From the NCBI GenBank assembly GCA_963514005.1, contig OY740795.1:39308001-39372000 (forward strand): a stretch of 64,000 nucleotides of DNA, given 5' to 3'. The position numbers were made by a program, and so were the translations under genes. This DNA comes from Raja brachyura. Its lineage: Eukaryota. Under the pieces are notes generated by a model. The model saw nothing but the letters and a program-made list of their open reading frames with translations, had not been told where the DNA came from and made no database searches. Below, piece by piece: positions 37,661 to 50,900 of this stretch (position 1 is the first letter of the stretch; each line of letters begins with the position of its first letter).

Positions 37661-40471
37661 AAACAAAAGAATAATTGATATTTAAGAGCTAATTGTGATG
37701 TGAGATGTCAGCATCCTGCAAAAGTTCCATGACATATTCTGCAAATTTTCATACACTGCCCATTTTGAACTTTACTGTTTTACCTAAAAAGTCCCAACAT
37801 GCCTGTGCAATGTATGGCCCGTCAGTGGGACGCCTTACTGCCAAGTGTCTCAACTCAATTTATGAATTTGGGCGGGTTGTAAAGGGTAACACGATAAAAT
37901 GACAGGAACTCTCCTTTGCTGGAGGTGCTGGTGTCATTGAACAAAGGCCTCTTTGATTCCTGCAGGTGGATGTGAACGAGCACATGGGCCATTCGAATGG
38001 TATCCTCGTCTAAAGTTGCTTTAAAAAAAATGCTCCCATAACACTGACTGCACTGACGTAGCTGTAAATGGCCTTAGGCTCACATGAGGACATAGAAGGT
38101 GCTTCTCCCATTTCAATGACAAATATCAGAATGAGAACTGTGCCCACAGGATTGGTACTGCAGAAATCTGCATTATGCAGAAAGACTGGAGCAATTTGAG
38201 TCTCTTATCCTTCAAAGGAAACTGTTGTGAGGTGATTTTAAAGCGATTCAATACGGTAATAATACAGAAAAAAGCATCATAAATGAATCATTCATGACTC
38301 TGGGTTAAATAATTCCTATTGAAAAAATGAGAGGTGTACCTTTGTAGGGAAGTGTGTTGACCTATTCTATTACTGCGGTGACAAAAGTTGAAAACGCTAT
38401 CCATTAAATCTTATGATTACAGATAAGGAAAATCATTCAGCCCGTCTTTCTCATTTGCAGTTTTCAAATAAGCTTTATTGGATTCAAGGGTCTTAATTTG
38501 ATTATGGGGTGCAGAAGACTAATCTATGCATACTGCAACATATTCAATTTAGTAAATGGTACATGTGGATAAATATCATTCAGCACTTTGTCGAACGCTG
38601 GCTCTTGCCTCTACTAAACATCAAGAGAACGAGGTGGTTCCAATCAAATGCCAAATTTAGTGCAGAACTAAAATTACTTGCAAGATAAATGTTGTGACTG
38701 ACCTGGCCCAACCTGTTCTAACTGAGCAGGTTCGGTTAAATTTGGAACTGTTGAATCATCAATACATGAACAGAATTTCCCGATAAAATATACAGAATAT
38801 AAACTCTAGAATATATCAAAGAGGAGGTTTGGTTGCTGCAATTGACAATTCAGAACTTTCCCAGATGGATGTATAAAGATGGGTTGAAAGGACTCACTTA
38901 TCCATAATTAACAAGAGCTTTTATGATCTGGTTATTGTTCTTGTCATCATGGCAATATAACAAGTTAGCCCTGCTGGCATCAGTATAATCACCTGCAAGG
39001 CTCTGCTTCTTATTCATCCAAATAGGAATTAAATTGTTTAACACAGTTTCATAAATGATTGATGTGACACAATGATTATTTCCATCAGTGTGTAGGCTAT
39101 TCATCATAAACTATTTTAAGCCAAAGGCATGTTCAACCCACCAAAATATATTTATATCACAGTGATTCATTATTTTGTTAACACAGTCCGCTATAGCCTT
39201 AAAACATTATAAATAATGAATGTTTAATTTAAATAAAGACTTTTATGTAGATCCAAGAGACCTTTTCACTGCCCTCCATCGTACTAATTCAAAAAGCCTG
39301 CAAACAGATTAAAACGATCAACTCAGAAAACTCTCTCTCAACCCTGAACATAATTCAATTTAGGAGACAAACAGAATTATTTTAAAGACCCAGAACATCG
39401 TCACAATCCAGATCCTTGAATGGCAAAAAAACAAGTTGATTCTTGGCAAAACTAAATACAACATATATACAGTTTCACTCAAATAAATCAACTTGATACT
39501 GTATTAACCAGGGAAGCAGTGACAGCATTTTTCACCAACTCGCTCATTTGAAAACCATTAATAATTTGATGATCGAGCTAGCACAGTGCATGGCCTTTTC
39601 ATGCCACAGCATGTCTTAAGCTTGTAACTCAGTCATGATGAGGCAAACCGATGGGTCCTGGTTACGTTAGAAGTAAGAGTACTCCGTGAAAGCCAAGAGA
39701 AATTCCAAGCCCTGGAATCATTCTGATCCACTCATTCTGGGATATAAAAATAGTTTGCATTTTAAAGACGGGCTGCAAATGCAAATGGAAGGGATCGTGA
39801 AGCAGATTATTTGCCTGCCAAGTAAATCAGGGAACATTTCATGAGGAATTATTGAAGTGACAAGGAGAGATGTGAATAATGCACAGGGACATTATGGGAA
39901 GACATACCTGCCAATCAATCAAGCATGCACAACGCAGTCCGAAAGAAATCCAGATAACAAACTACAAAGCGTGAAATCAATATGCGAACACTTGACATTC
40001 TGAACTTAAAAGGACTGATTTACCTTTACGTTTAAATGAACGATGCCAATATTCCCATTGTTCCCTATTTCTTAGAGTTTTAATGCTTTGTATTGTTATC
40101 AGTAGGGATGGTGGGAGGCAGTGATGTATATGTTAATGAATTAGTACCAGGATCCATCAGGTTATTCTGCAGTGGCAAATTATAGCTTTGCAATGAAATA
40201 AAGATGATTTTGCGCCATTTGCATTCAGTTCAGCACTGGTATTCTGTATGCAACAAACGATCAACGGCACCATGTATGCAGTTGTGGAATTGAACATTAG
40301 AATCAGCACACAGTACACAGCCGCTACCTGGTGCAAACGTATTGGCAGTAGCCCATGACGGATTGCCACTCATCTGCTTTCCTTCTCAAAAAATGAATTC
40401 CCTACTATAACAATTATATATTTTACAATTACAGAAGGGGTTTCGTAAAATATATTAAATTAGTTCAGTAG

Positions 40472-40563
40472 GTAGACACAAACTGCTGGAGTAACTCAGC
40501 GGGACAGGCAGCATCTTTGGAGAGAAGGAATGGGTGACGTTTCGGGTCGAGACCCTTCTTCAG
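40472..40563 (-). mobile_element. Penelope-like mini-insertion with intact hammerhead core
   Basis: 10-bp TSD agttcagtag at 40462-40471 / 40564-40573. Confidence 0.85.
40536..40563 (-). ncRNA. Minimal type-I hammerhead ribozyme motif (GUC site)
   Basis: Reverse complement is CTGAAGA A GGGT-CTCG-ACCC GAAAC GTC. Sense with respect to the FAM53B pre-mRNA. Activity not shown. Confidence 0.72.
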
Positions 40564-41209
40564 AGTTCAGTAGATATTCAACATGAAGGATGATAACAGG
40601 CAGCCGACTATAGGGCATCTCCCTCGTAACTGCATCAGTGTCACTATAAGGATAAAGAATATGGCTTGATAATGTCTCTCGCCATTTTGCAGGATCATGC
40701 TGCGCAAATACAAAAATGCCACTGTGGAAGTAAACTGAATATTGACTCGGCTTCTTATCCCTCCATTGTCAATGAGTTCCCCTTCCTTCGCTTCTGAAAC
40801 TAGGCTGACATCTGGTCCTTGGTTTCGTTGTCATCCAAGTGTTCTGAAGTGGGAAACTGTTTGCAACAGGAAGTGCATCACAACAGCGGTCAACTCGCCC
40901 AACAGTAACACAGGCAGATTTCAAGTCAAGGTCAGTAATCCAGAACAGGAAAGTCTGGATAATTTATTTCCTCCCAACTCTGGCTCTGAGGAAAATTGTG
41001 GGAACCCTGGTGCTCCTCAGGATATCAGTCAACTGAACAAAGACGGGATCGTCTGGGTCTTAGCTACTCACTAAAAAGCACATGGGCAAAGCATTCACTA
41101 AAAGCACACAAACAGAGGATGTGGGCCAGCCTAATAGATGCTCACAACTCATTTCATAATTTGTCACTGCAATAAGTGGACAATATCTATTTGTCTATTT
41201 TGTAAATAT

Positions 41210-42895
41210 TCAATTTCAGCATCTGGATGTCTCCAGCAAGGTCAGGATTTATTGCCCAATCCAAAATACCTTCAAAAAAGGTATTGCCGCCTTGATGCAC
41301 TACAACTCTTCCTACGTATATACTCCCGCAGTGTTGTCGGGCAGAGAGTCCCAGGATTTCAACCAAGTGATTATGAAGGAACAGTGATACATTTCTAAGT
41401 CACTCCTATATTATCATAGAAACATGCCTTTTGCCCAACTTGCCCATGCTGACCAAGATACCCTATCTACGCTAGTCAGAACAATGTGTGGTTTAAACAT
41501 GCATGATTGTGTTCCCAAACATCTACTGCCATTTTCTTTCTTTGCGGATTTGGGAGATGCTGTGGGAATTGACCATGGCAAGGAACCGCAGCACATCTCA
41601 AAGATGGCCAATACAATACAGCCAATACATGTTCCATGCATGTGCCTTGTGGATCATCATCAGCCAGCTCAATACAGCCATTGTATACCAATGGTGGAAA
41701 AAATGAATGCTTGGTATGGCTGATGGGGTGTCATTAAGTGGGCTATATTGTCCAACATGACATTGAGCTTTTTGTGAGTTGATGAGTTACTCATGCATGT
41801 GAGTGGAGAATATTCCATCATGCCTTGTGGATCATCATTAGCCAGCTCGTTGTTTCAAGATTGTCCAGAGCCGAGTGTCCAAACTCAAATTGGTCACCGG
41901 TGAGTAGGTTATTGGTGAGTAACTGGGGTTTAGAACTTTAGTGTTGATGATAGCTTCCATCACTTGTTGATGATTGAGAGTAGAATGACTGGATGAAAAC
42001 TGCATGGCCAGTGTTGTAATTATATTGAAACTGCTTGGCTGAAGGTGCAGCAAGTTCTGGAGTGCATGTCTTCAGTACTAGATCTAAGATATTGCCTGGT
42101 CATAAAACCTTTGCTGTATTCAGGGCTCTCAGCCGTTTCTTGTTATCACGATGAGCGAATCCAAGTGGTTGAACACCGACTGTTGTGATAGTGGGAATGG
42201 TAGACAAAAGTGCTGGAGAAAATCAGCGGGTGCAGCAGCATCTATGGAGCGAAGGAAATAGGCAACGTTTCGGGCCGAAACCCTTCTTCAGTGATAGTGG
42301 GAATCTCAGGTGGATACTTGGATGGATCTTCCATTCAGCACCCTAATTGAATATGATTGTGAATGCTTTGGCCTTTTCTTTAGCACTCACATGGTGCCGC
42401 TCCTACCACTGAGAAAGGGGGTGATCTTGAACCCTTCTCCTCCTGTTTGCTGTTCAATTGCTCACCACCATTCATGGCTGGAAGTGGCAGGTCACCAGAG
42501 CTTCCATCTGATGCGTTGGTTGTAAGATCACTTATACTCATCTATTGCATGCTGGTTTTGTTGTTTACTCTGCACATGGTTCTGTATTGCAGGTTCCAAA
42601 TAAACGTTTGGTACACCTGTTGCTTCCAGCATGCACACTTCAGTGAACTAGGGTTGACACATTGTCTTGACACTAAATGGTGGATTGAGGGAAAGTACCA
42701 GGCCATGAGGCTACAATCATCGGGGGTGTAAATGTATACTTCTGTTGATGGTCTACAGTGCCTCATGGATGCCTGCTTTTGAGATGCCACATCTGTTCTG
42801 ACTCCAACATTTGTAATGCCACAAACATAATGGAGAGTCCCCTAGCTGCAAGGATGGACCTTTGTCTTCCCAAAGAGTGCAGAACATGTATCTTT
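41210..42895 (-). mobile_element. Ancient CR1-group LINE remnant, interrupted by younger inserts
   Basis: 3' end reverse complement (cagcaaggtcaggatttattgcccaatcc) matches the family at 32900-33790; no intact ORF. Confidence 0.55.
42199..42290 (-). mobile_element. Penelope-like mini-insertion with hammerhead motif (stem II variant)
   Basis: Reverse complement CTGAAGA A GGGT-TTCG-GCCC GAAAC GTT. Perfect 14-bp TSD gtgatagtgggaat at 42185-42198 / 42291-42304. Confidence 0.85.
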
Positions 42896-43055
42896 GTAAA
42901 CATAAGAAATTGCCAATGCTGGATTTAAAAAAAGACAATACTGGAGTAACTCAATGGGTCAGGCTGCATCTCAGAGGGACATGCATAGGTGACGTTTCAC
43001 GTCGGGACCATTCATCAGAGGGATTGTAGTGGAGAGAAGAAAGCTGCAGGAGAGC
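42896..43055 (-). mobile_element. Penelope-like pseudo-LTR fragment
   Basis: ctggagtaactcaatgggtcaggctgcatctc...gacgtttcacgtcgggaccattcatcag (CTGATGA core on the minus strand). Confidence 0.7.
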
Positions 43056-43762
43056 TTTGTATTTTTGTAACTTTTATTCATCTGCTCCTTGGGCTGTGTT
43101 CAACCTTTCAATAATTATTATACGGGCAAGCTGATAGCTTGCTGTGCAGACTTGGAGTAAAAACAGATAGTTCTAAGATTGTAAGCACATTGCAAATGAG
43201 CTGTTACAGCTTGAGTTACAGGTTCAAATTATTTATCTTATCCAAGCAAGTCCACAGCTTTCTTTTAAAATAAAGCCAAATAGAAAAAGCAATAAAATAA
43301 TATAATAATTGCCAAAATTATAATTCATTTTGCAGGCCTGCTGAGTTGCAACGGTAATGGTGAATGTGCAAAGTCGTATACTGCAGCGATCACCGAGGAC
43401 AGGCTGGAAATAACTTGGCCAATATTAGCAAATAAACAGATTAAACATTGATCTACTGATCTCAGCTGCAGAGAATAAGTCCCAACTGTGACATCCCTTA
43501 CATTGGAATTTTGAGTCAAATGAATTTTTTTTTAAAGCACACTGATTTGGTTGTGTAAAGTTTGCCAAAATAAACCCATTTATAAGTCCACATTTCTTTT
43601 AGTTTTGGAAACCCCAAATTCAAAAGAAAGGTGGGGGGGTGGTGGTAAAATATAATATTGACATCCCTCACCCCATGTTGAAGGTGTGGAAATATGTTCA
43701 ACTGGGAATAAGGTCTGAAGGCAGGGCCAGCAGCTGTGTGTTTTGAGCCTCCTCTAATTGCG

Positions 43763-43782
43763 CACACACACACACACACACA
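43763..43782. repeat. (CA)n microsatellite
   Basis: cacacacacacacacacaca. Confidence 0.9.
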
Positions 43783-45657
43783 ATCAAAGTGCTTTCTATG
43801 CAACGTCTTTTGGGAGTGACTCCTGACGGACGTGTATGAAAATGTCCTTCCCCGCTCCCACAGAACTGCACAAGCATTGAGTACAATGACTCTCCTCTTG
43901 TTTAAAACGAAGTAAACAAGTTCAATGCTGCTGGGGGGAACAAATATGAACAGCAGATCCAGGCAGGTGTCACAAGAGACATCTTATTTGCAATTGCGTC
44001 AGGAGTGGGAAAGCATCAGACGGCAACTAGTTACAAGCGATCGGCTTCATTGGTTCATGAAGACAAACTTGACAAACTTGCCTGGGTCCTCATCCAGGAT
44101 GTTAATTACACTATACCCACTGCCATTATACACCACTGCGCACCAGTCTAAACACTCTGCTATCAACATCCACGCAGCCCACAACTGGAGGCTGGCAGGC
44201 AGGAGTCACGGCAGCCATTTTTATACTATTAACATTGTCCTCAGGCCTAAAATGGAGATGTAGTCATGGCGTAGGCAGAAGACCTGACCCAGAAAAGCTG
44301 TAGATCCAGAAGAAAAATCTGCCAACTGGCAGTGTTTACCGTGGCCAACACCACCCCCAGTCTCACACCTCATGCCCCAAGCTCAGCATTAACAGGTGGT
44401 GTCAAAAGCTCGCAAACAATACTCTAAACCTATAATATGGCTTTGAGTTCCACTCAGATTGATTCACAAGACCCTGCGGTCCTCCCATTGTTGAAGTTAG
44501 TCCATAATGGGTCAGTACATACATTGATGATCCATCATAGTTGTGGCAGAGAAAAACCTGTTAGGAGTGACCTTGATGCCTCAGCATAGAGTGCAAGCAA
44601 GGATTGGGATGGGGAGTCAATGTTCTGCCCTCTGCTGAAAAAAGTGCAAGATTAAATAAAGGGACAATTTTAGGACAGGCAAGGGTGAGCAGGTGATGTA
44701 CTTCAATTGTCACATGAGGGGTTTGATGGAAATGATTAGGATTTAAGATGATTATATCAGCAGCGCATGGCTGCAGCCAGAGAAACATTGGCTCAGAGTT
44801 GATCTCCAAAATTCAGACACTGCATTGCATCAGTGAAGGGGAAAGTTATCTGGTAGCTTCATTCCAGGAGGCGGTCACAACCTTTAGGTTGAATACCGTA
44901 GAACTGATCAATCAAGAAGGATAACATGGTGTGGCAACGTGTGGCAGGTATTGGGACGAGAAAGGAACAATGGTCAGTGCTTCAATTTGTCCGATACATA
45001 CAAAGTTCTTGCAACCTGTGTGGACAAGAGTACTGTGGTTTGGGAGCCATTCAACATAGGGGAATGAAAGAGAGGACATTAAGGTTAGATGTGAGAGTGA
45101 ATCTCAAAGGTGTTACTAGCTGCGAGGTGCCAGGAGTAAGGGTATCTCCTCAGAGCTGGAGAGGAACTTGGAGCGGGAAGGGAAAAACTAATTATTGTGA
45201 TCCTTGCGGAACTAATGTGCAGGGAGAGTACAACAAAGGCTCTGCTGAAGGAGAATAAGCAGTTAAGAGTCCAAATCAACAAAGGTAATAACCTTTGGAT
45301 TGCCACACAATTGAGCCTCGAATAAACTGGCAACGGGTAAATTGGGTTAGAGAATTGAATGTGAGACTCAATAGATTGGAGTGGGAGAAGTGTGTTTCAT
45401 TTCACGGGACACTGGCACTTATACTGGGAAAACGGTTCCATTGGATCGAGTTTCAATTTAATCAGGCAGGAGCTAGCGCCTCAGCTAATCGAATAACTAC
45501 GTCTATGATATGAACTAATAACAATTATATGATTTTAAACAAATTCCTAGGGAGGGGAGGTAGGAATGATTTGGTATGGGAAATCTATGAAGTTGAAGAG
45601 AAAGGGCAAAGCTTTTCAGCAAGGTAGTGCCGATAACTGGAGTGTGCCAGGACAAAA

Positions 45658-45790
45658 TGTGTAGGAAATAACTGCAGATGCTGGTTTAAATCGAAGGTAG
45701 ACACAAAATGTTGGAGTAACTCAGCAGGACAGGCCGCATTTCTGGAGAGAAGGAATGGGTGACGTTTCGGGTCGAGACACTTCTTCAGAA
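45658..45790 (-). mobile_element. Penelope-like pseudo-LTR fragment with hammerhead motif
   Basis: gacgtttcgggtcgagacacttcttcag at 45761-45788. Confidence 0.8.
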
Positions 45791-45974
45791 CTAACATTGC
45801 ATATGAACAAGTGAGTCTACCTCGTTCTAGAGCAAGGAGATGTGGTACAAATACAAATTTAAAGCATATTTATCTGAATGCATACTGCATTCATAATAAA
45901 AACAAATGATCAATGCTGGGAATTAAATATTCCAGGGTACGTATTTTTTAGAGGAGATGGGCAAAATAGAAAAT

Positions 45975-46232
45975 ATTTCGCTTGGGTAGCTTACACCCCA
46001 GTGGTATGAACACTGACTTCTCTAATTTTAAATAGCCCTTGCTTTCACTCCCTCTCCACCCTCTCCCCCTTCCCAGTTCTCCCACTAGTCTTACTGTCTC
46101 CGACGACATTCCTTCTCTGTCCCGCCCACTCCCCTGATATCAGGCTGAAGAAAGGTCTCGACCCGAAACGTCACCCATTCTTTCTCTCCAGAAATGCTGC
46201 CTCTCCAGAGTTACTCCAACATTTTGTGTCTA
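45975..46232 (+). mobile_element. Penelope-like element 3' end with ORF terminus and hammerhead motif
   Basis: FRLGSLHPSGMNTDFSNFK* followed by ctgaagaaaggtctcgacccgaaacgtc (46145-46172). 12-bp TSD aaaatagaaaat at 45963-45974 / 46233-46244. Confidence 0.85.
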
Positions 46233-47059
46233 AAAATAGAAAATGAGTCAGGTATGCCTAATATTGCCGCAACAGAATAAAGAGAGCAAAGAGAAAAATC
46301 CAGACTCAAAAATATCAATTAAAAGAAGCTTGGGTGGAGATAAGAGATGGCAAAAGTCAAACAACTTTGGCAGGAGTTGAATGTAGACACTAAAAACAGT
46401 TGGTCATCTTAGAGTGTAGTAACCAAGGGAATAAAAGAATCACAGGGACTTTAATGTACATGCAAGGCGGAAAATCAAATTGCTGGTGGAAGTGTGAGGG
46501 ATGAATTCATCAAGTGCATAAGTAATGGTTTGCTGGATCACAAATCAAAGCAGAAACAGTCTATTGCACATCTAGCATTGTGCACGAAAGGAAAGGTTAA
46601 TTATGGTATTAAATCTAACCAAGGCAAACTACGAAAGTAGGTTGTGTGATCTGGTTGTGCATAATTGGAAACTACACAAACAGAGAGTGAATGCACACAA
46701 CCTTTTTCCGCACAGTTGGAGAATCAAGAATTGGAAGGCACAGGTTTAAAGTGAGTGGGGAAGATTTAACAAGAACCGAAGGGGCAGCTTTTTCACAGAG
46801 GAGTTGGTATGTATATGGAACGAACTACGGGAGGAACTGGTTGAGGCAGCTATAAGAACATTTAAAATAATTTGGACAGGTACATGGATAGGAAGGTTTT
46901 AGATGAATGTGTGTCCAAAATGGGCGTGGGACATGCGTAGAAGGGCAACTTGATCGGCATAGACAAGTCAAGCTGAATGGTTTGTTTTCATACTCTATAT
47001 AGTAAATAAGCAATGGCAAACTTTCAAGAACCTTTGGATATCAAAATAAGTTAAGGAGA

Positions 47060-47490
47060 GTAGAAACAGGGAACTGCAGATGCTGGTTTGCAAAAAGAAA
47101 AGTACTGGAGTAATTCAGCAGCTAATGCAGCATCTCTGGAGAATATGGTGACATTTCGGGTCGGGTCCCTTCTTCAGACTGTTAGGCGGCGGGGGGAGAA
47201 AACAGAAAGAGAGGAGGAGCAGGACAAAGTCTGGCAGGTAATAGGTAAGTACGGATGAGGCAGATGGTTGGACAAAAGTTTGAGATGAAAAGACAGTTAC
47301 GAGACAAAAGGATTGAAGAGTTGCGAATTGTGAATCTAGAGGAAGGAATGTAGATGGAAGGGGAGGAAGAGGAGTGAAATAGGTGTGAGAAAAGGAGAAA
47401 TGGTTAGCAACTGTGAGATCCAGTCGGCCTTGACGTACTAAGTACAAGTATTTGGTGAAACAGTTGCCGGGTCAATGCCTGATCTCATCG
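47060..47490 (-). mobile_element. Penelope-like element 3' region
   Basis: gaactgcagatgctgg...gacatttcgggtcgggtcccttcttcagact followed by a purine-rich tract, the complement of the pyrimidine tract seen in other copies. Confidence 0.7.
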
Positions 47491-47594
47491 TTGTGCAGAC
47501 TTATAACGTTCCCAAGAAAGGCGGTAATCTGAGAACAGGAAACATTTCAGAATTCGACAAAGAAGGACCAAGTTGATGATAAGAAAAGGGATAG

Positions 47595-47900
47595 ATGACC
47601 ATCTATCTAAATCCAACTATGGGTTGGGCGAGGTGGGCGGGGTGGGTATATCTCCACTTTTTTCCTTTTTTCCTTCCTTTTCCTCTCTTACATCTTTATT
47701 CACTCTTTGGCCACACTACTTTGGTAGTCTAGGGGTCTTTTCACATTTCACATTTCCTTCTCTTGTTCTTTCTCTCTTCTTTTCCCTCATTTTCAGGTTA
47801 AAAGGTCAACATTGAATGTACAATAATTCTATAATTTTACATGCCGAATGTTTTATTCTTGTACAATTGCTTCTAATAAAAATAATTTTCAAAAAAAGAG
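47595..47900 (+). mobile_element. Polyadenylated retroposon 3' UTR (L1/Tx1-like) with TSD
   Basis: AATAAA at about 47875, short A tail, and direct repeat aagggatag at 47586-47594 / 47903-47911. Confidence 0.6.
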
Positions 47901-50900
47901 AGAAGGGATAGTTGAAAATGAGGGTAATCTAGTGAGAAATAAAACAGACTACAAAAATCTGACATGTAAAAAAGGAAAGAAAATAGCAAAAATGTATGTG
48001 GTACTTTTACAGATGGAGTCAGAACAAATTATGTTGCAGAGTAAAGAACGAGCTGAAATATTAAATAAGTGTCTTTCACATTACATGGAAGAAGATGGTG
48101 GAGAACTATAGTTTTGAATGAATAAGGGGCTCAAAGAAATTGACATTAGGGGAAAAAATGAATAGTAGATAAATTAATGGATGAATTCCCAGGGCTAGAT
48201 GACCATCATCTTGGGGCTCACAAGAGTGATTATGGAAATGGTTGGTACAGTCACCTAACAAAATTCCATAGATTCTACAACAGGTTGGAAGACATAAAGA
48301 GTAAGCTCAAAAGTGTATCAAAACTTAAGTAAAAAGGGAGAGAGAAAACTCGAAATTTTAAACAGTTCGCCCAAAAATAGAGGTAGGGAGGCTAATGAAA
48401 CTTTGGAATTCGCTGCACCATCAAGTTAACACATGGTAAGCAACTAGAAAAAGATTCATAGGGAATACAGTATTTCTTTGCACTGCTGGAGATTGAGCCA
48501 ACCTATTCACCACTATGATTCAGATTTTCCTTGAAGGATTTGGCCTTTCAGAAGCTGCTAAAACAGTTGCAGAACTGCTGATGAAGTCACGAGGACGAGG
48601 AGGAGGAGGAGGAACAAAGAGGGATAAAAACAAAGCAAAGACTGAGGACTAAAATTACCAGGCCACTATTTCATTCCATGTCCTACAAAACATCTGTTGC
48701 GTTATTTGACAGAGAAAAACTGGCCAATTGTGCAACTGACAAACTACGGAGAAATGAAATATCTGTTGGTTTTGAGAAGCAGGACAGGAACCACAGTAGT
48801 TGCCATCTCCTGAATTTTTCCAGAAGTGTTGTTAATCATGTATCAACATACTCCGTGAGTTGTGAGTTCTGTGTTTAGATGTGCAGATCCAATAGCACGA
48901 TAGTAAACTACAAAACCCAAAATATAAGCAAATGACAACCCTTTTGCTGATAGCTTTATTTAATTTTATTGAGAAAGTTGCCTGAAAGGTTTATTCACCT
49001 CTCCGGACACCAGAACATGAGCGGAATTAGAATAAAAATGATAGGGAACATTGGAACTTCAGGTGAAATGAGTCTCAAAAATTTAGATAGAGAAAAGTTA
49101 AGGTATACTTTTTAATTTTTTTTACCCCAGTTTTCATTGTAAAAATGTGAACAAAATTTGTACATAATTCCAGACAGAAATATCCAAAACATTCTTAACA
49201 CAAATAAGCAAATATCAGCAAAGAAATTTGATGCACAATTTTTCCAGAGGCAGTCTCTAGCAGCAGGAATCTTGACAGGTATTAGGTAGGTATTCTTGAC
49301 CACACACACATCTTAATGAAGTTGATTTTATTTTGCTGGCAACATTCACACTGGTGATAACATCATCAACATGCATGACACTCATTCCTGTCTTACTAAC
49401 AGATTTATAATATGACACCTAGGATCTTCGTTTTCAAATCTTAGTAAAACAAGGAGCGAACCCTGCAGCATGTTGGCAAGGAGACAGGAATTAACAAAAT
49501 CATGCACAGCAGAGGCATGCTGTGAACTCTGCCTGGTTAATGATCTCATGCCTCATGGGGTAAAGCTACTCTCAGCATAAGATCCAATCTGTGAGGATGA
49601 GGGACTGCAGAGTATTGGGGTTCGGTCCAGTGATGTATTTCCAGTCTATTTCTTCATCTCCATGGCAGCCTTTTATGTTTCTGCATTGTGACTGAAAAGA
49701 ATTCTTTAAGGTTCTGGCACATTTCCCCCGTTCTTCCTAGTGGTAAAGGCAGGGGCACGCTGCCTTTTACAGCAACTTGCATACAACAGATTCACTAGAG
49801 CTCAGAGAGAATGAATTGTGTCTCCTTCGAGAGGTCTACCCCTTCATCCGGGCTTGTCAATGATCAATGCTCCTGAATGCTCCAGTAATGGGAGTATAGT
49901 GGAGCAGTTGGTAAGTTAGTAAACTAGCAGGCAGAGTTTGAAGTCACTGGTTCAAGAACTACCATGGTAGTTGGAAATTGTAAATTCCATTAATCAAATA
50001 ATTCTGGAATGTTAAATCTTAATGGTGGTCTTAGTAATAGTAACCGTGACATCGCTGAATGTGGTTAAAACAAAACTATTGAATTGGAATGGTTGAAAGG
50101 GAAAGAGCAGCATTATTAGGAAAACTGCTTTAAAAAATATGGTGCGGGGAAAGTTAGTGAAACTTAAGTAAAATAAATGTCAGGTCTTGACAGATTACAG
50201 AGAGAAGTGGGAAAGAAGATGGTCTTGACAGTCCTTCGCTCATCCTCACCTTTGGACACTGCGCTAAAGGAATGGAAGCTGCTGGCAATATCTGAGTTGA
50301 AAGAGAAAGTGGGGAACCCTTCAGCCCACTGTCAAGGCAGAGCATCTAAAGTTGACAGATCTCCTCCCTTTAAGAATATTAGAGATTCAGATATAATATT
50401 TAGACCAGGTTTGTGATTATTAACAGATGTAAATCCCACAGGTGCCATGCTAATAATTGCTCTCATGTCACTGAATGTTTAGTCCAAGCCTCTGGATTAC
50501 TATTGTTTCAACACTATTCCCCGTATCAGGCAACTAGCACAAATTATATAAACCACAATATGGAAATGTAAATTGCATTGATATGGATATACAGTAAATG
50601 TTTTGCATGTAAACTTTCAAATGGCACACGTAATATAATGCCATGTAAATGTCTTTAATAACATTTTCCCTGATTATGATGAAAGAGAGTGTTGGTGAGA
50701 GTACAGAATGTATTTATATTTTGCCAGAATTATCAGTGGGGTTAATCGAAGGTTAATATAGAGTCGTTGGTACATAGGGGAAAATAACTAGCATGTAAAA
50801 GTTAACCATACACAGTACAGATCCAAAGGCCCAAAGTAAATCTCGAGATGCAAGTTCAACTCTTAGCATGAATGTGGAACTTAAATTTATTCATAATCTG

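Larger units (their letters stand above)
44860..48420 (+). mobile_element. Highly decayed long CR1 (ORF1 esterase-like, endonuclease and linker remnants) with nested younger inserts
   Basis: NWQRVNWVRELN... (ORF1-like) at about 45320, ttaaagcatatttatctgaatgca (LKxIYLNA, endonuclease start) at about 45860, and LQMESEQIMLQSKERAEILNK at about 48005. Confidence 0.6.

Noticed and set aside
39635-39726. C/D box snoRNA-like pair (ATGATGA...CTGA)
   Set aside because: It is antisense to the host gene and has no terminal stem; such motifs are expected by chance.
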